Positions 40,648-52,330 of a stretch of DNA of 64,000 nt are shown here, in pieces. The position numbers and the translations under genes are program-made. Under the pieces are notes generated by a model. That model searched no databases. It worked only from the letters and a program-made list of their open reading frames with translations, and was not told the origin of the DNA. The DNA lies in assembly GCA_965203295.1 (NCBI GenBank), contig CBDBCZ010000015.1, forward strand, positions 576,001-640,000, given 5' to 3'. Every line of letters starts with the position of its first letter. Positions within the stretch are counted from its first letter, which is position 1. This DNA is from Nitrospirales bacterium. Lineage in GTDB: Bacteria > Nitrospirota > Nitrospiria > Nitrospirales > UBA8639.

Positions 40648-40845
40648 CTGGAGGCAGCATTCTAATTAGAGGGCATGCATACTAGACTATTTTGTATGCA
40701 TGGATAAAGAGATATAGTAGACCCACCTCCATATCATCTGGCCTAACCGTTTACTAATGCAGATGTCCCTCATCACGTACCCTCATGATCAGGCCACCTG
40801 CAGAGGGTAGAGGTATTACTATCTCTGAGTGGTTAGGGTTAGGCC
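40648..40845 (+). repeat. Dispersed repeat paralogous to 38215-38380 plus 40165-40195 (and to 1086-1250 inverted); uninterrupted copy
   Basis: gcagcattctaattag..cctccatatcatctggcc..atcaggccacctg.agagggtagag shared between copies. Confidence 0.85.
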
Positions 40846-40851
40846 TACATG

Positions 40852-41150
40852 TAGGGAATCCGTGGATATTCTGACAGAGTGGTAGGAGGATGTGTCCATC
40901 CGAGGATGATCCTGGGATAGTCACAGTTAATAGGGAATCCGGGGATACTCTAACAGAGGGCGTAGGAGTATGTGTCTATCCAAGGATGATCCTGGGATAG
41001 TCACAGTTACCAGGGAACCCGTGGATACTTTGACAGAGGGTGTAGGAGTATGTGACCGTCCGAGATTAATCCTGGGATAGTCAGTGGATACTCTGACAGA
41101 GGGGGTAGGAGTGTGTGCCCATCCTGGATAAATACTGGGATATATACAGT
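40852..41150 (+). repeat. ~79-bp tandem repeat, ~4 copies (possibly a transposon subterminal array)
   Basis: gggaa(t/c)cc..gacagag..gtaggag..atcctgggatagtca at 40854, 40933 and 41013, plus a shortened fourth copy. Confidence 0.85.
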
Positions 41151-41371
41151 TAATAGTTAGCACTTGACTGGAAAAGGCTCAAGTTACTTTGGACACATGA
41201 AAACCCCTGACGTGTCACGGCGTCATTAGACGACCCTCAGCTCTCATGTCCTCCACATAAAGAGCGCTGATGTGGTGTCATGTGATGTTGTTCCCATTGC
41301 ACCGGGTATCGGTATGCCTCATACACTATGTAGCATGTTTCCGCAACCACACTGGGGAGCAAGTCAATTCA

Positions 41372-42330
41372 CTACGGTCCACATACATACCCAGAGTGAC
41401 CTCTTGCTGAATGGTCAAGCAATTCCTGGCTGTCTTTCATCTGATGAGGTGGGTCTGAGAAGAAAAGTAGCTCCCTATCTTCTGAGGTAAAAGGGTTTGG
41501 TACCTTGTGCACCATCTCAGATCCAGCACTATGCAACTTAATGAACCGACGATTTACCGAGTTGCCATCCAAAGTAGCGCCTGATACCTATATGTATAAG
41601 CATAAACCATAGACTGCTATATATATGCAAACACAATGTCGTGTGTTAATGTACTAACCTTCAGGCCACGACTTTCAATTCTGCACACCGCATCCCAGAA
41701 TGGATTGTACAGCTTCTCTCCTGTCAGAGTACTGCATGGGAACTATGCATAGGGGATCTGCAACTTGTTAAACAGTTCCCACAGCATGAAGACTAGCACA
41801 GATTTCGCCAAGAACAGTGGGTGCTCACCACCAATGAGAGCCATTTCGTAGGTACCCAGCTGATCATTGATGTCACCAAGGTTGGTGGAGCCGATCAGTT
41901 CACCGGTGTGTTTGTAATAAACAAGGTCTTCGCGTACATGCATCTCATCCAGAAGCAGTAAAACATACTTGTTGCGCTCGGGACAGCTGTTCACCTCAGC
42001 AGCTTCAACCAGCAGGTCGTCGACTTTCTCAGGACTTGCATTAGCATAAATCCATGTAGTCACACAGGGTGTGTTGTGATGGGAGCTTCAACACCCCTCA
42101 TTCCCATATGGCCAGATAATAATAATAAAAGACAATAATGCCAACTGTATCATAAAAATACCCTGGAACGATGATGGATGTACAAGCACCATCTAATCAT
42201 CAGAGGGCGCCTGCGCATGCCCTAGGAATCACCCCTCGACGCTGCTGCCTTTTGCTATAATTTGCCAAAATAGCTCCTGAAAGGACTTCGGAGGAAGGAC
42301 TGTCACCGATTGAAGGTTTCTTGTTTGGCT
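41372..42330 (-). pseudogene. P-element/THAP9-like transposase, degenerate, intron-containing
   Basis: Motifs GMRRRPLMIRWCLY, LLLDEMHVREDLVY..GELIG..LG, LAKSVLVFM, FPC..FWDAVCRIE..GLK|V...LDGNSVNRRF, FFSDPPH.MK. GT-AG intron at 41588-41658. Stops and frameshifts present. Confidence 0.85.
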
Positions 42331-43220
42331 ATCCATGAATTACGAATTATCACACTTCTCCAACCTTTAACAAACTAAAAACGTTTCTTGCCAACGCTTG
42401 GACTAACTGCGTTGGCGTTCTTCAGGGCCACGAAACACACAGAAAACTATGCAAATTAAGCGCTACGCTGCAAATCGAGCCCCGCCTCTTGATGGCGTCA
42501 TCTTCCGGAGCGTCTTATTATTCCAACTTCTGAGAATGTGTCGCCGATCGCTAATTAGTATGCGATCGGCGCTGAGGATCAAAGTGGGCTGGCTCGCGAG
42601 ACTAACACGGACTATGGTCAGTGAAGCAGTCATTATGGGCTATTTTACGGTAGTCATTATAGGCTATGTACTATAAATAGCAAGCTTGTTATGATGCGCG
42701 TTTAATACCAAGAAAACATGTAAGGCGGGCGATGTCGGGCACCACGAGCACTGTATAGGATCGCTTGCAGTATCTTGACGGGAGATGTGGGTCTAGGTAT
42801 TCCTACACACCTCCAGTGCACTTTATCGGCTGCACAGTCGCCTGTGTTTTGTTGACTGGTGTACCACAGCCAGGTACGTCATGTATGAACTAGAGCCAGG
42901 AGATTGCTGTGTAATTGCATTCCATAGAGCGATCCTAGGTGGGTACAAGTTGGGATAAGCCAGCTAGACTATTACATGACTCAGATAAATGCTCATGCTC
43001 ATATAAATGTTTAGGGATGTGAACTACCTTGCGACTATCCTGTGGATCAGTATAATATGAGTTAGGGCAAGTTGTGAGGAGTTAAACTGTGGGTATATAT
43101 CAGTCTGAACAGCGTTCAACCGAGGGTACTTTGTCTCCCCTCAGACCCTGCTTAAACCAGCCCACTCCCAACTTGAACCATACGATAATCCACACCTAAA
43201 GGAGAGTTCATTAATATATA

Positions 43221-43545
43221 AACCATGGCCAGGAGGTGTACATGTATATCAGTGATATACCACCTGCCGTGGAGGTGTTTGGGAATATACCATGAGGGTC
43301 GCAGGCTTAAGGTATAACCCTCTGAACACCAGGAAGTAGTATAGCAATAATATTCACCGATTGGACATGGTTCATATCATGTAGAATCTTGACGAGGTGT
43401 AATCCTCTTGCAGTTTCCATAGCAACATGGTTTACTCCCGCATACGATCACAAACTACTTTATACCTTGAGCATCAGTTGGTGGATCTGCAATAGCCACT
43501 GAACCCACTTTCACCGCTTAGTGTACTCAAATTCTATTACAGGAC
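43221..43545 (-). mobile_element. Degenerate IR-body-IR-hairpin element (reverse orientation)
   Basis: aaccatg..catggtt hairpin at 43221-43372 with a TGAGggtcGCAggc-like centre. Weak IR tgtagaat..attctattaca. Confidence 0.35.
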
Positions 43546-43899
43546 ATCTCCAGTCTTCTGTTCTACTCCATTCTATGTATTCCTATTCCATAAGGCTTAT
43601 TATGGTGTACCAAAGTATTGCAAACTGATTTTTTTCTGTAGTTTGGGTATATACAATTGCACGAGACACGTGATGACACTCCATATATTATAAACTTTCT
43701 GCATTGTGTCCTTACAGATATAGATTCATGGCGACATGGACAAGAGGGTGAATATGTCAATCAAGGAGCTATTATCTGTCAACAACTTGGGCAATATGCT
43801 TTGGAAAGCTGGTCTTGGTGTTGGCAGGTAGAAGCTACTTTGTTCACAGCCATAGTGATCTGAACATGCACAAAGCCCACGTATGTGCACCATTTAATG

Positions 43900-44295
43900 C
43901 AAGCTGTGATGTGCCACTATTTTTGGCTATGATGAAATGCTAGTCTCCAGAACTACAGATTTGATTCGTCGATGTCCAGCACCAAAGTGGGGGAAATGGC
44001 TGTAGGTTGTTTGCTGCTGCATTTGCAGAGGCTCTGTGCAGAGGGGAAGACTCACATCTGATGAGTTTTAGCCAGCAGCACATGCGAGAGTACCCTTGGA
44101 GTTTCTTACAAAAGAGGTATTTCCTTCAGCAGACAAGCCACATCAGCTGAATCAGTCATGAGCGAAGTCAACCTCAGCATTGCAGGTGTATTGTATATGC
44201 CGAATGCCATTGAACAAGCAGATAGCTAGTCTTGACATCCTCACTCAGTCTACACTGAAGCCACAGTGGTATGGTCTTGTGGTGCATGTGTTAAC
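43900..44295 (+). pseudogene. Ulp1-like (C48) protease C-terminus plus PHD-finger relic, transposon accessory type
   Basis: VDVQHQSGGNGCRLFAAAFAEALCRGED..FSQQHMREYL (from 43968), then VYCICRMP and WSCGAC. Frames are disrupted. Confidence 0.7.
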
Positions 44296-44600
44296 AATGT
44301 GTTGTTATTTTTCTGCCTCTGTTTCCGACATGACAGTTCTCCAGTGCAAAATAATATTATTAGTTACCGGTTAGGTAATTATCATGTAGCATGCAGTCTC
44401 CAATCACTGGACTGGTACAGCTTGAGTCTTGTAAGTAACTACTCAAATACTCACAGTTGTATTCTGCCAAAGGTCACATAAAAGCGTTTTTAATACTCCG
44501 GTCATGCCAGACAGGTTTGGTCCGCACTGGTCCGTGTTTTAGTGAACTTGGTCCGTAGTTGGTCCATAAGTTGGTCCATTGGTCCGGACCTGTCTGTATA

Positions 44601-44873
44601 TTAGTCTGGTATCCGCTATCCAGAGTCACAATTGAGCAGCTGCTCGGATGGAGTTAGTTGTATATAGATAGCTTCCTTCACCAAGAGCTCCTTCCTTGAA
44701 GTGGTATCTAAGATCTTGACTCATTCCCAGTCTGGACTGGCTCCAGCTTCCCAGGCGTGATCAGCTACAGCACATTTCTCAGTGTTACAAAGGTGGTACT
44801 CCTCTTGATGCTCCCTAATGCGAGTACCGAGGGCTCTCTGAGTCTCTCCGACATACACTTTTTCACACGTGCG
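44601..44873 (-). mobile_element. Penelope-like element GIY-YIG endonuclease fragment
   Basis: CEKVYVGETQRALGTRIREHQ..AVADHAWE..DWE*VKILD..LLVKEAIYIQ..LNCDSG*, with stops. Confidence 0.85.
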
Positions 44874-44989
44874 TTTTTAGTGTGTCAATGGTTGGAGAAG
44901 TGGAATAATTCATGACTATGTCACTATTCTGCCTCATAATCTCCGTCAGCCCTTCATGAGTGTCACTGCTAACAGCCACTCCTCATTGG

Positions 44990-45400
44990 AAGCATTCTTC
45001 CTCTAGCTTCTTCGTCAACCTCTCACACTGCTTGCTCGCTAGACAATGCCCACGGTGGACATTCTGAAGCTAATTGTGGCATTGATAGGTAGCGATGGTT
45101 CACACTGCTTTAAGGCTGCTTGAGCTCTGAGTACACTGATGCTGGACTAAGAGGGTAGCACGATGGCAAACGCACTGTTGACACCTCACACCTGTGCCAT
45201 CTGCAGACAAGTTGATTTGGCACTCCTTGTGTCTGACAGTTGAAGTGTGATACATGTGTGTGCCTCGAGGATAGAAACATCCTGACCTGCATAAATGCAA
45301 GAATAGAACTTTAATACCATAAAAACAATATCTTGTAGAGTGGAGGTATGATGCCGCACCACATTAGAAACTTTTCCTCGCCATTTCCCATGCAGAAACA
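44990..45400 (-). pseudogene. Cys-rich fragment resembling the N-terminal region of invertebrate P-like transposase genes
   Basis: TVRHKEC..RCQQC..HRATL..NHRYL pattern, same strand as the 41-42 kb transposase. Recognition is tentative. Confidence 0.3.
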
Positions 45401-45534
45401 ACACTACTCAAGAGACTCTAGCAAGTGTACAAGGTCGTAGAAAGTAGAGATGGATGGGGAAAAAGATGAAAGAAACTCGTTATTGCTTAGATCAATGTGG
45501 TTGCTGAACAATATCACACACCACCCGAAATGAC

Positions 45535-48500
45535 GGTCAACCGTAACCGTACCCGACAGCATCCTACGGTAACATACTGCGACCTACTTCACATTACTGA
45601 ACTCCACTGTTCTCTACTGCGCCATTCTACTAGTTACTGCACTCTCCACTGCACTATACTGCATTCTAATGCACCCTACTGCAACATATTGTACTGTACT
45701 ACCCCCTCCTATGCCATACCACACCCTACAGCTCTGTACAATATCCTACGGAAACCTACAGTACACAACTAAACAGTATTGCACTCAACGGCTCTCTACT
45801 ACATTCTGCTGTAATTTACTGTGCTCTCAACGGGACTTTATTGACTCTAATCCTCCCTCCTGCACCACACACCACCCTCCTGCGCCTTAGAGCACTCTAC
45901 GGTACCCTACGAGACCCTATTGCAACCTACATCACCCTATAGAACTCTACTGCACTGTACCGCTCTCAATTTACTGCACTCTCCACTGCCCTCTATTGCA
46001 CTCTACTGCACACTATTGCAACCTACTGCACACTACTGAACTCTATAGTGAACTCTACTGAACACTAGTGAACTCTACGGCTCACTACTGAGCTCTACTG
46101 CAATTTACTGCACTCTCCACTGCGCTCTACTGCACTCTACTACCGAACTCTACTCACCCGTACTGCTTCCTACTGCACTCTTCTGCAATTTTCTGTGCTC
46201 TTCATTGTAGTTTAGTGCAATCTAATGCACCCTACTGAGACCTACTGCACCTTACTGCTCCCTCATACACTTTACAGCAAACTATACCCCCTAAGGCACC
46301 CAACTGTTGTAACCTATTGCGTTCTACTGTACTCTAGTAAACTCTATTTCACCCTAATGCACTTTTGTGCAGTCTAATGCGCTCTCAATTGCAGATTACG
46401 GCATTTTAATGTAATCAAATGCAACCTACAGCACTATACTGCACCATACTGCACCTCCTACACTCAACAGCACCCTACGACACACTATGGTATCCTTCTG
46501 AAATCTACTGCTCCTTAATGAATTTTAAAGCTCCCTGCCACACTCTACTCCCATTTACTGTACACTCCACTGCGCTCTACTGCAAGCTACTGCACCGCAC
46601 TGCTCCCTCCTACACTGTACAGCCCTTTAATGGTGCCCTACTGCAATCTATCGCACCCTGCTGAACTCTACTGCACTGTACTGCTCCCTACTACACCCTG
46701 CAGCAGTTTGGTGCACTTTCCACTGCACTTTACTGCACTCTAATGCGCCCTACTGCAACCTACTGTACCATACTACAACCCTTAACATTCTACAACACCC
46801 TGCGGCACCCTACAAGATCCTACGGCAACCTACAGTAACTATTCTACTATACTGCACTCTACTGCTTTCTACTGCACTCTACTGCAATTTACAGCACTCT
46901 CCACTACACTCCACTGCACTCTACTGCGCCCTATTGCAACCTACCACACTACACTACACTTTCGACACCCTACAGCACCCTCCTACAACCAACTGCTCCC
47001 TACTGAACTCTACTCACCTGTACTGCTCCCTACTGCACTCTTCTGCAATTTATTCTACATTCCACTGCAGTTTAGTGCAATCTAATGCCACCTACTGCGA
47101 CCTACTGCTCCCGCCTACACCTTACAGTATGCTATGGCCCCCTATGGCACCCAACTATAACCTACTGCATTCTATATCACTCTACTAAACTGTACTTCAC
47201 CCTACTGCACTTTTCGGCAGTCTACTGCACTCTCAGTAGCAGTTTACGGCACTCTAATGCGCTCTACTGTAACCTACTGCATCGTACTCAAACTTCCTAC
47301 ACCCAACAGTACCCTACAACACCCAACGGCAACCCACTGCAACCTACTGCTCCCTACTGAACTCGAATTAACTGTATTGCTCTGTACTGCTCCCTACTAC
47401 ACTCTTTTACATTTTACGGTGCTCTCCACTGTACTTTACTATAAGGCACGGTACTGCAACTTCTTGTATTGTACTGCACCCTTCTACACCCTACAGCCCC
47501 CTAATGGCCCCCTACTGCAACTTTTAGCTAAACTCTGCTGCACTCTACAGCTCCCTACTGCACTCTGCAGCAATATGTTGCGCTCTCCACTGCACTATAC
47601 TGCACTCTAATGCGCTTTACTGCAACGCACTGTACCATATTGCAACCTCTTAGTAACCCTCTACAGCATCCTACGGCAACCCTACGGGATCCTACTGCAT
47701 CCTACAGCACTCTATTGTATTTTATTGTACTCTGCCATTTCCTACTGCACTCTTACACTCTACAGTACTGTACGCACACCCATGAGACCCTACTGTAACA
47801 AACTGTACTGTACCGCTCTCTACTGCACTCTTCTGCTATTTACTGCTTTCTCCACTGCCCTCTTTAGCAATCATCTGCGCCCTACTGCAACCTTCTCTGC
47901 CATACTGCACCCTCTTACATCTTACTGTACCCGACGACACCCTACGGTAACATACTGCGACCTACTTCACATTACAGTTTACGGCACTCTAAAGCGCTCA
48001 AATACAACCTACTGCACCGTACTGTGCCCTCCCATACCCAACAGCACCCTATGGCTCCCTTTGGCACCTTACTGCAACCTACTGCTCCCTACTGATCTCT
48101 AATGAGCTATACTGCTCCCACCTGTACTCTTGTGCAACTTACTGCACTCTCAACTGCACTTCACTACACTCTAATGCGCCCTACCGCAACCTGCTGTACC
48201 GTACTGCAACCTTTTACATTCTACAGCACCCTTAGGCATGCTACAGGGATCCTCCTGCCACCTACAGCCCCTATTGTACTTTACTGCACTCTACCACTCC
48301 CTACTACACTCTACTGCAATTTTCTGTACTTTCCACTGCCCTGTTTTTCCCTCCTGTGCGCCCTACAGCAACCTAATGTACCATACTGCTCCGTCTTACA
48401 CCCTACAGTATCCAACGGCACCTTACGGTGCCCTACTCCAACTTACTGTACCCTGCTAAACTGTACTGAACTCTACCGTTCTCTACTGCCCTCTCAGTCT

Positions 48501-50310
48501 GCAAGTAACTCCTCTCTCCACTGCAGTATACTGCACTCTAATGCACACTACTGAAAATTACTACACCGTATCACACCCTCCCGCACAATACAGCACCCTA
48601 CAGCTTCCTATACAAGACCCCGCTGCAACCTACAGCACCTATCTGAACTCTACAGCACTCCATGGCTTCCAACTGCACTCTGATGCATTATATTACACTC
48701 TCCACAGAACTTTACTGCACTCTAATGCACCCTACTGCAACCTACAGCACAATATTGTTTTTTCCTTGACTCTATCGCTTTCTACTGCTCTCTACTTTAT
48801 AGTACTGCATCCTCTTACACTCTACAGCCCTCTACAGTACACTATGAAACCCTATGGCAACCAACTGTACTCTACTGCTCTCTACTGCACTCTTCTTCAA
48901 TTTACTTCTCTCTCCACTGCCCTTTTTTGCACTCTTCTGCGCCCTACTACTACCTACTGCACCATACTGCATCTTCTTCTTACTGCAACCTACTGTTCCC
49001 TACTGATCTCTAATGAGCTGTACTGCTCCCACCTGCACTCTTCTGCAACTTACTGCACTCTCCACTGCACTTTACTACACTCTAATGCGCTCTACCGCAA
49101 CCTGCTGTACCGTACTGTAACCCTTTACACTCTGCAGCACCCTTCGGCATGCTACGGGATCCTACTGCAACATTCAGCACCCTATTGTACTCTACTGCGA
49201 TCTACCGCTCCCTACTACACTCTACCGCATTGTTCTGCACTTTCCACTGCCCTTTTTCCCTCTTGTGCGCCCTACAGCAACCTACTGCACCATACTGCTC
49301 TTCGTACACCCTACAGTATCCAATGGCACCTTGCGGTGCCCTACTGCAACTTACTCTACCCTGCTAAACTGTACTGAACTCTACCGTTCTCTACTGCCCT
49401 GTCAGTCTGCAAGTAACTCCTCTCTCCATTGCAGTATACTGCACTCTAATGCACACTACTGCAACTTACTGCACCGTATCACACCCTTCCGCACAATACA
49501 GCACCCTACAGCTTCCTATACGAGACCCCGCTGCAACCTACAGCACCTATCTGAACTCTACAGCACTCCATAGCTTCCAACTGCACTCTGATGCAATATA
49601 TTATACTCTCCACGGCACTCTAATGCGCCCTACTGCAACCTACTGTAACATACTGCACCTTTTTACACTCTACAGTACCTTACGGCATCCTACGGGATCC
49701 TACTGCAACTTACAGCCCAATATTGTATTTTACTTGACTCTAACGCTTTCTACTGCTCTCTACTTCATTGTACTGCATCCTCTTACACTCTACAGCCCTC
49801 TACAGCACACTACGATACCCAATGGCAACCAACTGTACTCTACTGTTCTCTACTGCACTCTTCTGCAATTGACTTCTCTCCACTGCCCTTTTTTGTACTC
49901 TTCTGCGCCCTACTGCAACGTACTGCACCATACTGCACCTTCTTCCACCTTACAGTACCCGATGGCACCCTATGGTACCCTACTGCAAACTAGTTCACAT
50001 TACTGTACTCTAATGTTCTCTACATTCCTCTTCTGCAAGTTACTGAACTCTTCACTGAAATATACTGCACTCCAATGCACCCTTCTGCAACTTACTGCAT
50101 AGTATTGCACCCTCCTGTGCCATACAGCACACTATGGCTCCATACAATACCCTACTGCAACCTACAGCACCTAACTAAACTTTATTGCCCTCAACGGCTC
50201 CCTACTTCATTCTGCTGTAATCTACTACACTCTCAACGGCACTTTATTGCACTCTAATCCTCCCTTTGCAACCTACTGCATCGTACACCACCCTTCTACA
50301 CCCTATAGCG
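45535..50310 (+). repeat. Degenerate 10-bp satellite (CTACTGCACT/CTACTGCAAC)n
   Basis: Direct reading. Internal ~910-bp duplication (ctgtactgaactctaccgttctc at ~48461 and ~49370). Confidence 0.93.
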
Positions 50311-51925
50311 CTTAGACCGTGTTTCTTGAATGTATTAGTGTTTATCTGTTGGTTAGCCTTGAGTTTTTGAGTTCAATCAATGTTTCGTAACTGTATTAGA
50401 ATCTATTTGCTAATAAGTCTTGAGATATATAGTATTTAGACTATGTTACACAACTGTATTAATGTCTGTCTGTTTGTTAGTTTATAGGTTTAGTTTTTCA
50501 GCTGTGTTTCGCGACTATATTTGTGTCTGTCTCTTAGTCAGCCTTGAGTTATAGTGTTTAGGCCATGTTTCTCCACTGTATTGGCATGTGTCAGTTAGTC
50601 TTGAGTTTTAGTGTTTAAATAGTGTTTCTTGATTTTATTAGAGTCTGCCTGTTAGTAAGTCTTGAGTTTTAGTAGTGTTTTATGACTGTATTAATGCCTG
50701 TCTGTTCGTTACTCTAATGGCTTACTATTATAGGCGGTGTTTCTCGGCTGCATTAGTGTCTCACTTTTAGCTAGTCTGGAGTTTAAATATTTAGGTCATG
50801 TTTTTCGACTGTATTAGTGAGTGTCTGTTAGTGTTGAATTTTAGGGTTTAGTTCCCGTTTTTCGACTGTATTAGTGCTACTCACGTGACCTTCGACGAAT
50901 CAGAAGTCTCAAACTCGATCACATGACCGCACGTTAAATCGCTTAATGCACACTTAAGTGTGCACTAAGTTGTTAATGCACACTTAACAAAATTAGTGCA
51001 CACTTTTCTAAATAACGCCCAACAGAACCGTGGCTGTCTCAGGTCAGTGAGTGTACTAAATACTTTAGATACCAGTTGGCAGTGCATTACGTGATATAGT
51101 AGCGCGCTCGGACAATTAAGTAACGGTCTCGGGCGGATAATGCACTCGCCTTCGGCTCGTGCATTATCCGCCCTCGACCGTTACTTAATTGTCCTCGCGC
51201 GCTACTATATCACGTAATGCACTGCCAACTGGTATCTAAATATTACTTAGTGTCTGGAAGTTAGTATTGAGGCCGAATTTTATAACTGCGTTAGTGTCTG
51301 TCAGTATTGAGTTTTAGCATTTAGGCGGTGTTTCTCGACTGTGTTAGTGTCTGTCTGTTATTTAGTCTTGAATTTTAGTTTCTGAGCTGTGTTTCTTGTG
51401 TATATTAGTATTTGTCAATTAGTAAGTTAGTTTTTATGCTGTTTCTGTACTGTACTAGTGTCTGCCTGTTGCTTAGTGGAGAGTTTCAGCTTTTAGAATG
51501 TATTTCTCGACTGTATTTGTTTCTTACATGCAGTTAGCTAGTCTTGTGTTTTAGAGTTTAAGTCGTGTTTCTCAACTGTATTAGACTGTCCGTTAGTACC
51601 TTTTGAGTTTTAGTACTTGAGTCGTGTTTCATGACTATTAGTGTCTATTAGTTAGTCTACAGGTTTAGTATTTAGGCCGCGTGTCTGGACTGTATTTGTG
51701 TGTCTGTTAGTTTGTTTTTACTTTTAGTTACTTAGACCGTATTTTTCGACTGTATTAGTGTTTATCTGTTAGTTAGGCTTGAGTTTTTGTCTTTAAGCAA
51801 CGTTTCTTAACTGTATTAGAATCTGTTTGCTAGTAACTTTACTTAGGCTATGATTCACGACTGTATTAGTGTCTGTTAGTTTAAAAGTTTATGGTTTAGG
51901 CCATGTTTCTCGACTGTATTAGTAG
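50311..51925 (+). repeat. Degenerate ~60-bp T-rich tandem array (tttctcgactgtattagtgtctg..), interrupted at 50877-51246
   Basis: ctgtattag-like landmark every 57-63 bp. 50311-50415 is duplicated at 51731-51835. Confidence 0.88.
50871..51252 (+). mobile_element. IR-body-IR-hairpin element F, young copy flanked by 6-bp direct repeat TTAGTG
   Basis: 177-bp hairpin at 51064-51240 is perfect except for three CTCG/CTCG mismatches and a TTC loop. Imperfect IR at 50871-50890 / 51042-51059. ttagtg at 50871-50876 and 51247-51252. Confidence 0.85.
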
Positions 51926-51926
51926 T

Positions 51927-52330
51927 TTACAGTAAGGCACAGAAGATGGCAGTGGAGAGATGTAAATTGCAGAAGAGTGCAGTAGAGAGCAGTAGAGTAC
52001 AGTTGGTTGCAATAGGGTCTTGTAGTGTGCTGTAGAGTGTAAGAGGGTGCAGTACGATAAAGTAGAGTGCAGTAGAAAGCGTTAGAGTCAAGTAAAATGC
52101 AATAATGTGCTGTAGCTTGCAGTAGGATCTCGTAGGGTGCCGTAGGGGGCTGTAGAGTGTAAAAGGTTGCAGTATGTTACAATAGGTCGCAGTAGGGCGC
52201 ATTAGAGTGCAGTAAAGTGCTGTGGAGAGTGCAATAAATTGCATCAAAGTGCTAGTTAGGTGTGGTAGGTTGCAGCGGGATCCCATAGCAAAATGTACGG
52301 TGCTGCATTGTGCAGGAGGGTGCGGTGCAA
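51927..52330 (-). repeat. Inverted block of the CTACTGCACT satellite
   Basis: Reverse complement of ~49590-49900 (shared translation FYLTLTLSTALYFIVLHPLTLYS). Confidence 0.88.

Noticed and set aside
44498..44600. Short cagacagg..cctgtctg element with tggtcc repeats
   Set aside because: Probably a small MITE remnant, but the termini are too short to call.
45497..50257. C/T/L/Y-rich ORFs
   Set aside because: CTACTGCACT satellite translations.
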